Assembly: GCA_024635765.1 (NCBI GenBank)
Contig: JAGXIE010000148.1
Location: 4,074-68,073, forward strand
Source of the DNA: Flavobacteriaceae bacterium
GTDB lineage: Bacteria; Bacteroidota; Bacteroidia; Flavobacteriales; Flavobacteriaceae
DNA length: 64,000 nucleotides
Direction: 5' to 3'
The stretch's first letter is position 1. Each line of letters opens with the position of its first letter. Made by a program: the position numbers and the translations under genes. The notes beneath the pieces were generated by a model, which searched no databases, was not told the origin of the DNA, and saw only the letters and a list, made by a program, of their open reading frames with translations. This document shows positions 21,352-30,322 of the stretch, piece by piece.

Positions 21352-22630
21352 TTAAAGATAAGCTAAACTGAAGATTTATAAAATTCTCTTGAATTAAATT
21401 TTGTTTAGTAGTTCCTCTTTTACCAAACTCCAATCCAACATTTCCATTTGAGAATAATCCTCCGATTGGTAATCCTAATCCAAAAGACATGCCAAACTCG
21501 TTGATGGTTTCATTATTAATTTCTAAACCTGTGTTTTCAAAATGCAAGCCTGCTCTATAAACAACTCTTTTCCAGTATTTTGAAAACGAGTCATAGTCAG
21601 GAATATAAAACCCTCCAATTGCTACTACGGTTGAATTCACAAACTTGGCATTTGTATCATCAAATACTGGATTTGAAAATTTGCTCGTATTTTGAAAGGT
21701 AAATTCAGTTCCAACAAACCATTTCTTCGGAGCTCCAAGTCCAGCTCCGATGGAAATCCTTGATGGTATTGTTAAATCCGTAGTTTTCAGGTTTTGGGCT
21801 TCGAGATCTTCCTCAATTGTATTGATCGCAAACTCTTGTCCTGTCGTCGCGTTGATAACTACTGTTGAAAAAGATCTCGTATTTTTAGAGGTTAAACTAC
21901 TTTTGGGTGCATAAGTCAAACCTGATGTCAATTGTAATTTTTCATTTAACATGGTTTTATAACTCAATCCAAAATTAAAGTTTAATCCACTTAAATCAGA
22001 CCTGTTATTTTCCCTTGATTGATATTGAACAGGCTCGTTATTTCCATCATAAACAAATGCAATAGAGTTATTTTTTATGTTACCAAAATTATAGCTTGCA
22101 TCTAATCCTATACTCAATTCTTTACTAATTTCATATCCTAATCCAACAAATGCTTTATTGACACCACCCTCGCCATTATATCGATTACCAATTTGTCCGC
22201 TATCATTTATGGATTCCAACTTATAACCTACAGAAGTATAAGGTAATAAACCTAAACCTAAACCGAATTTACCCATGGGAAAGGACACTGCAAAATAATC
22301 GAAGGTTGCTGTACTCGTTTCATCGCTTCCAGTATCACTTTTTAAGTTGACACTACTATAACTGCCTCCGATTGTAAACTTAACAGGTCTGCTTTCTCCA
22401 TTAAAAGGATAACTAGCCAAATTAGGCCCAACATAACTCGCTGGGTTTCTCAAGTTCATGTGAATACTATCTGTAAAAATACTTAAGCCTCCCATACTTC
22501 GATTTTCAACAGTACCTTTAAATTTTAAACTACCAATTCCGTAGAAAGAATAAGGAGATGCTGTACCCTCTTGTGCATGAGATTGAAGTGCAATTACAGC
22601 AATTAAAACTATTACAAGTTTTTTTATCAT
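21317..22630 (-). CDS. Outer-membrane beta-barrel (FadL-like)
   Basis: SPYSFYGIG, RSMGG, NPAS and a WF..RKYD terminus. Confidence 0.75.
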   Translation of the reverse strand: MIKKLVIVLIAVIALQSHAQEGTASPYSFYGIGSLKFKGTVENRSMGGLSIFTDSIHMNLRNPASYVGPNLASYPFNGESRPVKFTIGGSYSSVNLKSDTGSDETSTATFDYFAVSFPMGKFGLGLGLLPYTSVGYKLESINDSGQIGNRYNGEGGVNKAFVGLGYEISKELSIGLDASYNFGNIKNNSIAFVYDGNNEPVQYQSRENNRSDLSGLNFNFGLSYKTMLNEKLQLTSGLTYAPKSSLTSKNTRSFSTVVINATTGQEFAINTIEEDLEAQNLKTTDLTIPSRISIGAGLGAPKKWFVGTEFTFQNTSKFSNPVFDDTNAKFVNSTVVAIGGFYIPDYDSFSKYWKRVVYRAGLHFENTGLEINNETINEFGMSFGLGLPIGGLFSNGNVGLEFGKRGTTKQNLIQENFINLQFSLSLNDRWFQKRKYD

Positions 22631-23358
22631 TAGTGTGAATTAAATTCCAGTATAAAGTTCAAACCTTCCAAAAGAAAATTTGAGTTGGCAAATATGCCAT
22701 TTTTTAATTGTTTTGACAAGAAATCGGAGTCACCACCTGTTAAAATAACTGTTAAATCTTCATATTCTTGTTGATATTCATCAATAACACCATCTATTTC
22801 TTTTAAAATACCAATTACAACTCCCGAATGAATGGAACTAGCTGTAGTATCACCTATCAGTTGTTCAGGCATTTCGGTGCTTAATAATGGTAGATTTGCT
22901 GTGAAGGTATTTAAAGTGGTATATCGAAGTCTAATCCCAGGTGAAATTGCACCTCCCAAATATTCATTGTCTTTCGTGATAAAATCGTACGTAATACAAG
23001 TTCCTGCATCGATGATCAATACATTAGAATTAGAATACTCTTTTACGGAAGCACTTACTAACGCAATCCTATCGACGCCCAAGGTTTGAGGTGTTTTGTA
23101 CATATTTTTAAACGGAAGCTTGGTGTCCTGATCCAAAACAAGCAGTTTTAGCTCAGCATTGATCGCATCAAAGACTGTTTTTTCCAATTTCCCGACATAA
23201 GAAACGACTGCATTTTTAAGAAATGGGAAATCTTTTATTATTTTTTTAAATGCTTTAAGAGCATTTTTACCCTCCACAGTTTTTTTTTCAAGGAGTGTAT
23301 TTTGCTGAAAAACAGCAAACTTAACCAGTGTATTACCAACGTCTATGATAAGGTTCAT
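22630..23358 (-). CDS. coaX: Type III pantothenate kinase
   Basis: IDVGNT, TLGVDR, IDAGTCITYD, GGAISPG, LTGGD. Confidence 0.95.
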   Translation of the reverse strand: MNLIIDVGNTLVKFAVFQQNTLLEKKTVEGKNALKAFKKIIKDFPFLKNAVVSYVGKLEKTVFDAINAELKLLVLDQDTKLPFKNMYKTPQTLGVDRIALVSASVKEYSNSNVLIIDAGTCITYDFITKDNEYLGGAISPGIRLRYTTLNTFTANLPLLSTEMPEQLIGDTTASSIHSGVVIGILKEIDGVIDEYQQEYEDLTVILTGGDSDFLSKQLKNGIFANSNFLLEGLNFILEFNSH

Positions 23359-23460
23359 GTATAAAATAAAAGCTGTAAATTTACAAAAAGGAATTTTTAT
23401 ATATTTTAGTTTTGTGAATAATAAAAATGAATATATATTTGCATCCGCATTTAAGCGACT

Positions 23461-23533
23461 GGTACCTTAGCTCAGTTGGTAGAGCAAAGGACTGAAAATC
23501 CTTGTGTCCCTGGTTCGATTCCTGGAGGTACCA
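23461..23533 (+). tRNA. tRNA-Phe (GAA); probable prophage integration site
   Basis: GGTACC acceptor, AGCTCAGTTGGTAGAGC D arm, AAGGA-CTGAAAA-TCCTT anticodon arm, GGTTCGATTCC T arm; TATATTTG -7 box upstream. Confidence 0.97.
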
Positions 23534-23607
23534 CACCATGAGAAACCCCTGTGAAAGCAGGGGTTACACTCAAAAAAAGAAACTCTTTCAGTGTCGTAGT
23601 TTTTATT

Positions 23608-23630
23608 AAACGGTAATAAAAACGGTAATA
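23608..23630 (+). repeat. Direct repeat AAACGGTAATA x2, probable integrase arm-type site
   Basis: Copies at 23608-23618 and 23620-23630, between the tRNA and the integrase. Confidence 0.6.
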
Positions 23631-23636
23631 GAAATT

Positions 23637-24836
23637 ATGATACTACTTCCACACGGCTGTTCTTGCAGCCCATTAGCTGTAAATCCTAAAAATTGGAAAA
23701 TTGCAGGCAAATCCCTTCTTAAAAAGAATTGGAGAATCCACTATTATTTCCGAGATCCAGAATTTAAAGACCAATTTCCGTATGGAAAACTTGTAACAAT
23801 CAAGGGGATGAACCGCTACAAGACCGTCGAGGAGCGAAGAGCCGCCACTGAAATCCTGATCGATGAGGAATTTTATATGCTCCAAGTACAGGGATATAAT
23901 CCAATCACTAGAAAAAAGAGCGGTCCAGAGATCGAGCTCGAGTGTGATATCCATCCAGAAACAACAATATGTGAAGCTGTAGAGATGGCCAGAAAAAAAA
24001 TTGATGGTGAAAAATCTACGCTAACAGATCTCAAGACATCTGCAAAATACTTCAATAAGAGCTGTAGACAATTAAGGTACCATATTATTAGAATTGGAGA
24101 TCTTAAGCGGATCCATGTAAAAAACATACTGGATAACCAATTGAAGCAGAATGCATATACCAATGAACGTTTTAACAAGATCCGGGCATACATGCATATG
24201 ATTTTTAAACAGCTCGTCCTATCTGATGCTATTGAGCATAATCTTATATCTGGGATCCCAAAAAAGAAGGAAACCAAAAAAATAAAAATTACCCTCACTC
24301 CGGAGCAGATCAAAACCATAAAGGATCATCTGTTGCCTAAACACTATACTTTTTATCGTTACATGCAGATCTTCTTTCATTCAGGAAGCAGGTCCACCGA
24401 GCTGTTCAACGTGAAATATAAAGACGTTGATATCCAGAACCAAAGATTTAAGGTCTTGGTGAAAAAAGGAAGGAACTATGAGGAGCAATGGCGAGCCATC
24501 AATAACAATGCGTTGGCCTATTGGAATGAGCTTTATGCAGCAGCTGATATTAACGATTATATTTTTTCATATGACTTCAGTCCGGGAACAGTTAAGATCG
24601 CAGCTCGTCAAGTGTCGAACAAATGGAGAAAATATGTAAAGACTCCATTAGGAATTAATGCCGATTTCTATGCATGGAAACATTTGCACACCACTAAAGT
24701 GATTGATCTTTACAATAGAAATCTTGCCGCTGGTATCAATGGCCATAAATCGAATGTGATGAATGATAACCATTATGATACGATGAGGCAGAACAGAATC
24801 ATTGAAATGGCAAAAACAATCGATGTGTCGATTTAA
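23637..24836 (+). CDS. int: Prophage tyrosine integrase
   Basis: HSGSRSTE (R), KKG, YAWKH (variant HxxR box), GH, HY; next to tRNA. Confidence 0.9.
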   Translation: MILLPHGCSCSPLAVNPKNWKIAGKSLLKKNWRIHYYFRDPEFKDQFPYGKLVTIKGMNRYKTVEERRAATEILIDEEFYMLQVQGYNPITRKKSGPEIELECDIHPETTICEAVEMARKKIDGEKSTLTDLKTSAKYFNKSCRQLRYHIIRIGDLKRIHVKNILDNQLKQNAYTNERFNKIRAYMHMIFKQLVLSDAIEHNLISGIPKKKETKKIKITLTPEQIKTIKDHLLPKHYTFYRYMQIFFHSGSRSTELFNVKYKDVDIQNQRFKVLVKKGRNYEEQWRAINNNALAYWNELYAAADINDYIFSYDFSPGTVKIAARQVSNKWRKYVKTPLGINADFYAWKHLHTTKVIDLYNRNLAAGINGHKSNVMNDNHYDTMRQNRIIEMAKTIDVSI

Positions 24837-24875
24837 GTGATAATTTTAAATATCACTTAATGAAGTGATTTTTAG

Positions 24876-25250
24876 TTATAAACTCGATCCCAACAGCACA
24901 CCACCAATAGCACCCACCAGAACAGGAACTATCCATCCTGTGCCTTTTTTCTTTTTGAGCTGTTTTTTTAAGAGTTCGATCTGTTCTTCCGATTTGTCGT
25001 TGATGTTCTCCAACTTTAGGATGGTTTCTTCGGATGTTTTTATTTGCTCATAGAACAACATCTTTATCTGTTCGCAGGTCTGCAACATTTCATCCATGAT
25101 CTCAATCTCTTTTATCACTAACGGATAGGCTGTCAATGTCGATACGACCTCAATTTTTTGTTCTCGGGATATGCCTGTGATTTGCGATGATGCTGTCCAG
25201 GATGCGGTCATTCCAAGTGCGAACCACAGAAGGTATTTTGCTGGTTTCAT
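24876..25250 (-). CDS. Spanin-like lysis protein
   Basis: Signal peptide, coiled coil, C-terminal TM; overlaps the upstream TM/coiled-coil gene at the end of the lysis cassette. Confidence 0.5.
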   Translation of the reverse strand: MKPAKYLLWFALGMTASWTASSQITGISREQKIEVVSTLTAYPLVIKEIEIMDEMLQTCEQIKMLFYEQIKTSEETILKLENINDKSEEQIELLKKQLKKKKGTGWIVPVLVGAIGGVLLGSSL

Positions 25251-25536
25251 TTCTTTGATTGTTTAATTTATCTTGAAGGTTTGAATAGTCTATTTCTTTT
25301 AATCGGATGATCTTGTTTTTTTCTGCCATTGATTTCTTTAAATCGGACACCTCAATTTTATACTGTTCCTTTTCACGTTCCAATGCTTTGATCTCCATTT
25401 CCAAGCCTTTGAAATATTGGTATTTCCAATAGGCTGCTTTGATTGAAAAAAACAAGATGACCAGCAACACAATTCCTGCCAAAATCAATTTGATTTTAGT
25501 GTCTTTGGACCTTGTATGCCACCATACCTGTATCAT
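25150..25536 (-). CDS. Inner-membrane spanin-like protein
   Basis: Single N-terminal TM followed by a coiled coil. Confidence 0.55.
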   Translation of the reverse strand: MIQVWWHTRSKDTKIKLILAGIVLLVILFFSIKAAYWKYQYFKGLEMEIKALEREKEQYKIEVSDLKKSMAEKNKIIRLKEIDYSNLQDKLNNQRNETSKIPSVVRTWNDRILDSIIANHRHIPRTKN

Positions 25537-25844
25537 TGCTTTATAATGTTCAAAGTGATTAATTTTCTGTTTGAGGCCACGATCACTGTGGTCCTTCCAA
25601 GTGGTATCTGCTTAATGGGCAGCTTTACCGATTTTGCACTTACCTTAATATATTCTCGAAATATTCTGCTCGTAAACGTGACATTATCGATTTCAAAATC
25701 GCTTTTTAAAATGAGCGTGTCTTTTGTTTCATTGAGCAGTTGGGTCAGCTCTTTAGCTCTATAATCATAACAGACCTTTAATGTGGTCTGTGCAGATACA
25801 CTGAATGCAAATAAGAGTAAAAACAGGTATCTCATAATGTTCAT
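25533..25844 (-). CDS. Exported hypothetical protein
   Basis: Signal peptide MRYLFLLLFAFSVSAQ; beta-rich. Confidence 0.6.
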   Translation of the reverse strand: MNIMRYLFLLLFAFSVSAQTTLKVCYDYRAKELTQLLNETKDTLILKSDFEIDNVTFTSRIFREYIKVSAKSVKLPIKQIPLGRTTVIVASNRKLITLNIIKQ

Positions 25845-25937
25845 TCTTTTAAAGAAAACCGAAGCTCCTAGGGTAGAAGAAAACCAACCAAATCAAAACT
25901 ACAATTGGAGGCTTCGGATTTTCAAAATATTGGGGAA

Positions 25938-26222
25938 TCAACTTCTATTTGCCTTCCAGTTTTCGACGTCTTTCACTGTGATGGAGTCTCCAACTCTATT
26001 GATATTCATTGTTTCATTTTGCTCATTGGTAAATTCAGCAACTTCCGCAGGCGTCAACATCTGAAGTTTTTCCGCAATCTCCTTGATTGTGGCAATGATC
26101 AACAAGCCCGTTGATATAAATGCTGGTGGAATTCCAAGTGCTTCAGAGTTCGGCGCAATGACCGTGAAAATTATCGAGGCAAATGCCACGATGTACAGGA
26201 TGATCGATAATACTTTTTTCAT
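25938..26222 (-). CDS. Putative holin
   Basis: 94 aa, two TM helices, immediately after the endolysin. Confidence 0.55.
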   Translation of the reverse strand: MKKVLSIILYIVAFASIIFTVIAPNSEALGIPPAFISTGLLIIATIKEIAEKLQMLTPAEVAEFTNEQNETMNINRVGDSITVKDVENWKANRS

Positions 26223-26240
26223 TGTTTTTTGATTTTAGAT

Positions 26241-26879
26241 TTATAACTGTTTTAACATTTCTATCAGTTCTGGTTGTGGATGACAATCGCTTTTGTCCGG
26301 CCTGAAAGAAGTATGTGTCCATATACCATGATATCCTTTCAATGCCTTTTCGTTGAAATCGAACATATTGAATTTGTATTCTTTTGGAATATTATATTTT
26401 GCAATAAGCGACTGTAGGAGTTCTTTTAATGATTCAATCTGTTTATTAGTGTATTTTTCAAACGCATAGTAACCTCTATATCCCATTGGATATTCCTGAA
26501 CGTCACAACATTTAATTTCAGTGCCTGTGTAAGAAAACCAATTACCATCCTTTTTAACCAAACCACCCCAACTATCAATCTCAATTCCTATAGATAATTG
26601 GTTCAATCGTTCATTTGTAACCGTGCTTCCAAATTGGTTTAAATACTTTTGTTTGATGCCTAAATGATGAATCCAAAAGTTTTCTTTGAATAGTTGAATT
26701 ATCTTACCGTCCCTACCTATTATATAAGGCGTTCCAACACGTTCTAAAGTTGTTCGCCACCAATTAATATCCCCATCCGTTCCGTCACCTGAAGCCGTGT
26801 GATGTAAAACGATTATTTTTTTAGGCATTGACTCATTGAAATATTGAGAGTCCGGAAAATCTATATTAACTATTTTCAT
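26241..26879 (-). CDS. Endolysin, N-acetylmuramoyl-L-alanine amidase (Amidase_2)
   Basis: IVLHHTAS, SIGIEI, WTH...KSDCHP zinc ligands. Confidence 0.9.
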   Translation of the reverse strand: MKIVNIDFPDSQYFNESMPKKIIVLHHTASGDGTDGDINWWRTTLERVGTPYIIGRDGKIIQLFKENFWIHHLGIKQKYLNQFGSTVTNERLNQLSIGIEIDSWGGLVKKDGNWFSYTGTEIKCCDVQEYPMGYRGYYAFEKYTNKQIESLKELLQSLIAKYNIPKEYKFNMFDFNEKALKGYHGIWTHTSFRPDKSDCHPQPELIEMLKQL

Positions 26880-26891
26880 GGCTTATTTTTT

Positions 26892-27662
26892 TTAAATTCT
26901 TTTTTTCCCTTGAATCAATGGTTCGATTTCTGATGCGTATCTTCTCAATATTATCTTCGCCCTTAAATTTTGATAAGATGGGTTGGTAATGTTCCATTTA
27001 ACTGAAATAAAGTAAATTGCAAGAGGGGTCTCTTTAAGCACAATCCCCATCAATGCTTTCGTGCCGCTACAATCAAGGTCTTCCATTGTTTCTCCCTTGT
27101 ATATTTCATCATCAGAACTTATATCTGGTATGTAAACAAATTTTTCATTGTACAGTTTATAGTTGTAATCAAAATATCCTTTAGGTATCGGTCTGTTCTG
27201 CCAATAATCTTTCCCAAGACATGGCTCTATATTGTTCGCTGTATAAAGGTATGTCAAGTGTAAAGGGCTTCCAGTAACAGGAACTCCGCCAGAATCATGC
27301 GTACAGTAAATGGTCACTGAAGCTGAAAGAGGCAGCTCTTTTCTTAAATTGTTCATCAGCTCGTTTATTTTGTTGATATCCTTATAAGTCTGTTCCAGCG
27401 TTTCGCTGTCAATTATATCCTGTAAAGAATCTTTGAATCTTTGAGTCTTCATTTCTTCTTTCACTTTTCGAAGCATCTGTTTTTGATCACTGATCATGAC
27501 ATCTTTTGCCAATGGCAGAACCACGGTTATGAATGAAATGACAAAACCAAAAATCGCGGTGATGATGGCTATTCTGTATTTGAGTTTGCTAACTACAAAA
27601 GTGTGTTTTTCATCTAAAACTTCTTTATTATCAACAGGGAAATTCATATTATTATCTTCCAT
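26892..27662 (-). CDS. Single-TM protein with large extracytoplasmic, possibly GAF-like domain
   Basis: One TM (aa ~30-52), then an alpha/beta domain; directly upstream of the endolysin. Confidence 0.55.
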   Translation of the reverse strand: MEDNNMNFPVDNKEVLDEKHTFVVSKLKYRIAIITAIFGFVISFITVVLPLAKDVMISDQKQMLRKVKEEMKTQRFKDSLQDIIDSETLEQTYKDINKINELMNNLRKELPLSASVTIYCTHDSGGVPVTGSPLHLTYLYTANNIEPCLGKDYWQNRPIPKGYFDYNYKLYNEKFVYIPDISSDDEIYKGETMEDLDCSGTKALMGIVLKETPLAIYFISVKWNITNPSYQNLRAKIILRRYASEIEPLIQGKKRI

Positions 27663-27698
27663 TTAAGCGGGGTTCTTTGTTTAGTTTGGGGCAACTAA

Positions 27699-27968
27699 TT
27701 AATTGTTTATATCTCTTAATAATTCAGTATTTAAAACACAATATTTTATGAATTTTCTCTGAAGTATTTTTAGGGTTTTTAAATAATATACATACTCCTT
27801 TTTCAATTGATTCTTTCTATCTACTTGCAACTTACATGATGCAACTGCTCCCCATAATGCAAGGTATTCCGATAAAAAAGCACTGCTTTCGATATAATAC
27901 TCCATAGTTGGCATATTGTCCTTAACGAGCCTATCGGCATATTGGGTTGGTGTCATTTTTGGATTCAT
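27699..27968 (-). CDS. Hypothetical phage protein
   Basis: 89-aa ORF with ATGA coupling to the upstream gene. Confidence 0.55.
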   Translation of the reverse strand: MNPKMTPTQYADRLVKDNMPTMEYYIESSAFLSEYLALWGAVASCKLQVDRKNQLKKEYVYYLKTLKILQRKFIKYCVLNTELLRDINN

Positions 27969-28495
27969 CGCTTCACAATTTTTTTAGTTACAGTATCATT
28001 CACTCTTAAAAAATAAACACCTGCTGCCAGATCGCTTACCATTATTTTGTGCAACTGCCCGAAGGTTTTATAGTTTTTCAGCAAGCGTCCATAGATGTCA
28101 TACAGCTCTAATGAGGTGACGTTGATGCCCTTGATGTTGATTTCGTCGATTACGGGATTTGGATATATTTTTAAATTATCCATGTCGTTATCTGGAGTGG
28201 ATAAAGTGCCTCCAAAAACTTCCAAAATAGAGGTGTCACAATTGTATATGAAAGTTCCCTCGTTTATGATATTGCCTTGAACAACCAGATGTACGTGCAT
28301 TATTTCAATGCTATAGTTGTTCATGTCCAGATCACCGGGCAAATCAATCAGTGCAAAGGCAGAGTCGCATGCATTCCCTACCGACAAATCCACTTGAAGG
28401 TCTGCAAGGTTCTGTTTTAAAACCTCTGGAGAATAGCCGCCTTGCGCTTTGATGCTCAAACTAAAAAATAGCAATATGTAGAAAATGGCTTTCAT
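27965..28495 (-). CDS. T9SS type A sorting-domain protein (start re-assigned to MKAIF, 176 aa)
   Basis: Sec signal MKAIFYILLFFSLSIKAQ; IYPNPV...YDIYGRLL...LAAGVYFLRV...KKIVKR C-terminal domain; ATGA overlap with the upstream stop. Confidence 0.85.
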   Translation of the reverse strand: MKAIFYILLFFSLSIKAQGGYSPEVLKQNLADLQVDLSVGNACDSAFALIDLPGDLDMNNYSIEIMHVHLVVQGNIINEGTFIYNCDTSILEVFGGTLSTPDNDMDNLKIYPNPVIDEINIKGINVTSLELYDIYGRLLKNYKTFGQLHKIMVSDLAAGVYFLRVNDTVTKKIVKR

Positions 28496-28863
28496 GATAA
28501 AAAGATTACGAATACAGTTATAGGTATCAAAAATGCTGAAGCAATCCACCATCCATAGGTTGTGAAGTTGATGTCTTCTTGGTCATAAAGTCCGCTGCCG
28601 AATTTTGTATCAATAATTTCTTTGAGCCATCCTACAAATCGAACGGTTAGATAGGATAAGATGATGGTGAGAAAAAAGACTAACCATTTAGACTCTAAAT
28701 TCTTTAATAACAGTACAGACCATCCACCGTACGCAAGTATCGAAATCATAATACCCAGTACATAATGATTGTGATAGGCAATCATACTAGGTCTATCGAG
28801 TTGTTTTGGAACGTTTAACCCTGCGTTCCAGAGCATTTTTAGATTGGTTATTAGTTTTTTCAT
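28492..28863 (-). CDS. Phage membrane protein
   Basis: Three TM segments; KEIID...DxxDIxxT motif. Confidence 0.6.
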   Translation of the reverse strand: MKKLITNLKMLWNAGLNVPKQLDRPSMIAYHNHYVLGIMISILAYGGWSVLLLKNLESKWLVFFLTIILSYLTVRFVGWLKEIIDTKFGSGLYDQEDINFTTYGWWIASAFLIPITVFVIFLS

Positions 28864-28974
28864 ATCAATTAAATATTAATGTTAGTATGTAGAGAATTGC
28901 ACCTCCTATAATAAAGGCTTTTAGCTTGTTGTCTTGAAGCCATCTAACGGCTTTCCATATTAGTTTTTTCATAA

Positions 28975-29562
28975 TTATGTTGGGTTTTGTCGTGAATATT
29001 CAGTAGTCATGTAATTATCTACCATCGATTTAACCGTATTTAAAATGGTTCTTAAAATACCCACTGGAGGGATTGGCAAACCGTCCAGAAATTCTTTGGC
29101 AATATCAAAATCCCCATTGACCAAAGGCAATATTGCGGGTCTTAAATTTCTTCTTATAAGATCATATTGAGTTGGTGTCAATTGCCCTTTTGTTTTCAGC
29201 AATCGAATCCTTTTTCTAATATCATGGTACATATCTATTCCACTCTGTTCATGTTGCATCTCTAAAGCCGAGGCTTCTTCATCTTCTCGCTGATCGGTTT
29301 CAGCATCTATCTGGGATTGTGGTTTGTTCGTGATTGTATATTTCCACTTTCCATCGGTTGCGTCTAAATCTGGCAATTCGCTTATTGTTTGGGTCAATGG
29401 ATCATATACAGGAGGAACCACTTCTCCCCACTCATCAATTATATGCTCCGCCAAGCTCAACGTTTTATAATCGTCGGTCAATCGGTCAGGCGTCGCTTTA
29501 CGATACCACTCGTTCGGTATGCCTACTATTGTTTGACCATTTTTGTCTTTGTTTGCTCTCAT
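28975..29562 (-). CDS. Tail-fibre-associated/assembly-like protein
   Basis: PPVYDPLTQ motif; downstream of the fibre and LamG genes. Confidence 0.5.
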   Translation of the reverse strand: MRANKDKNGQTIVGIPNEWYRKATPDRLTDDYKTLSLAEHIIDEWGEVVPPVYDPLTQTISELPDLDATDGKWKYTITNKPQSQIDAETDQREDEEASALEMQHEQSGIDMYHDIRKRIRLLKTKGQLTPTQYDLIRRNLRPAILPLVNGDFDIAKEFLDGLPIPPVGILRTILNTVKSMVDNYMTTEYSRQNPT

Positions 29563-29566
29563 ATTA

Positions 29567-30319
29567 TTATGGTAATAAATCGATTCCTGCTTTTTGTTGT
29601 GTTGCTAATTCCAAACATTGCTCTGGAGTCAAGCAGACATTCCACAAATATTGGTCTTGCACATAAGCCTTTGCACTATACGCTGCATGACCTGGTCTTC
29701 TACCTATTGTTAACGGTGCCCCTAAATTCTTTAGTCCACTAAAAACACCGCTAGAAGTGTAAGTACATGCTTGTTCAATGCCATTATAATAAACTTTTAA
29801 TCCCGTTGGCGTTCTGTCACCGTTGTATGTCCAAATGTAATGTTGCCATAGGTCAGGCTCTGGAAAACCGCTATTTGGAACAGGAGATACAGAAGTGGCT
29901 TTTATCCAATTTCCACTTGTGTTATCCCTTAATTCTATCTCTAAATATGCAGTAGCTTGAGTCCACATTGTATATTCGTTTGGAAATACATTTGTCCCCT
30001 TATGAAAGAAATTATAAGCATTACCGTTATTATTTCTACGACACAGCAATGAACCACTAAAAGGCAAATCAACACCAACGCCCGCAAAACTTAAATTGTC
30101 ATTATCAGCTACAGTCATGGAACTAATAATAGCGGCATTGAAATAATGTATAGCTTGGCGACCTCCAAGACCCTCAACATAAGTTATATTTTCTGTTGAT
30201 ACAGGTGAATTTCCGTCAACACTGTCATTAGTGTTTCCATCGCCTTTCCATGCTGAAACGATGTTGGCTATTGGTAATTCAACTGCTGAAGATTTTCTAA
30301 AAAACATTTTCTTTCCCAT
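29567..30319 (-). CDS. LamG/concanavalin-like tail (receptor-binding) protein
   Basis: WKGDGNTNDS, WQHYIWTYNG, KVYYNG, LTIG, WN..LT pattern. Confidence 0.8.
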   Translation of the reverse strand: MGKKMFFRKSSAVELPIANIVSAWKGDGNTNDSVDGNSPVSTENITYVEGLGGRQAIHYFNAAIISSMTVADNDNLSFAGVGVDLPFSGSLLCRRNNNGNAYNFFHKGTNVFPNEYTMWTQATAYLEIELRDNTSGNWIKATSVSPVPNSGFPEPDLWQHYIWTYNGDRTPTGLKVYYNGIEQACTYTSSGVFSGLKNLGAPLTIGRRPGHAAYSAKAYVQDQYLWNVCLTPEQCLELATQQKAGIDLLP

Positions 30320-30322
30320 AGC

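Noticed and set aside
23500-23540. Second att copy (duplicated tRNA-Phe 3' end)
   Set aside because: Not found in the window. The prophage's other end lies beyond 64000, so the att core cannot be defined.
24833-24860. Palindrome TTAAGTGATA-N8-TATCACTTAA as a dif/lox-like site
   Set aside because: It lies between convergent genes and is adequately explained as a terminator-like hairpin. No second copy or dif consensus match was recognised.
28496-28552. Listed upstream start of the T9SS-domain gene
   Set aside because: It overlaps the upstream gene and masks the signal peptide. The ATG at 28495 gives ATGA coupling.
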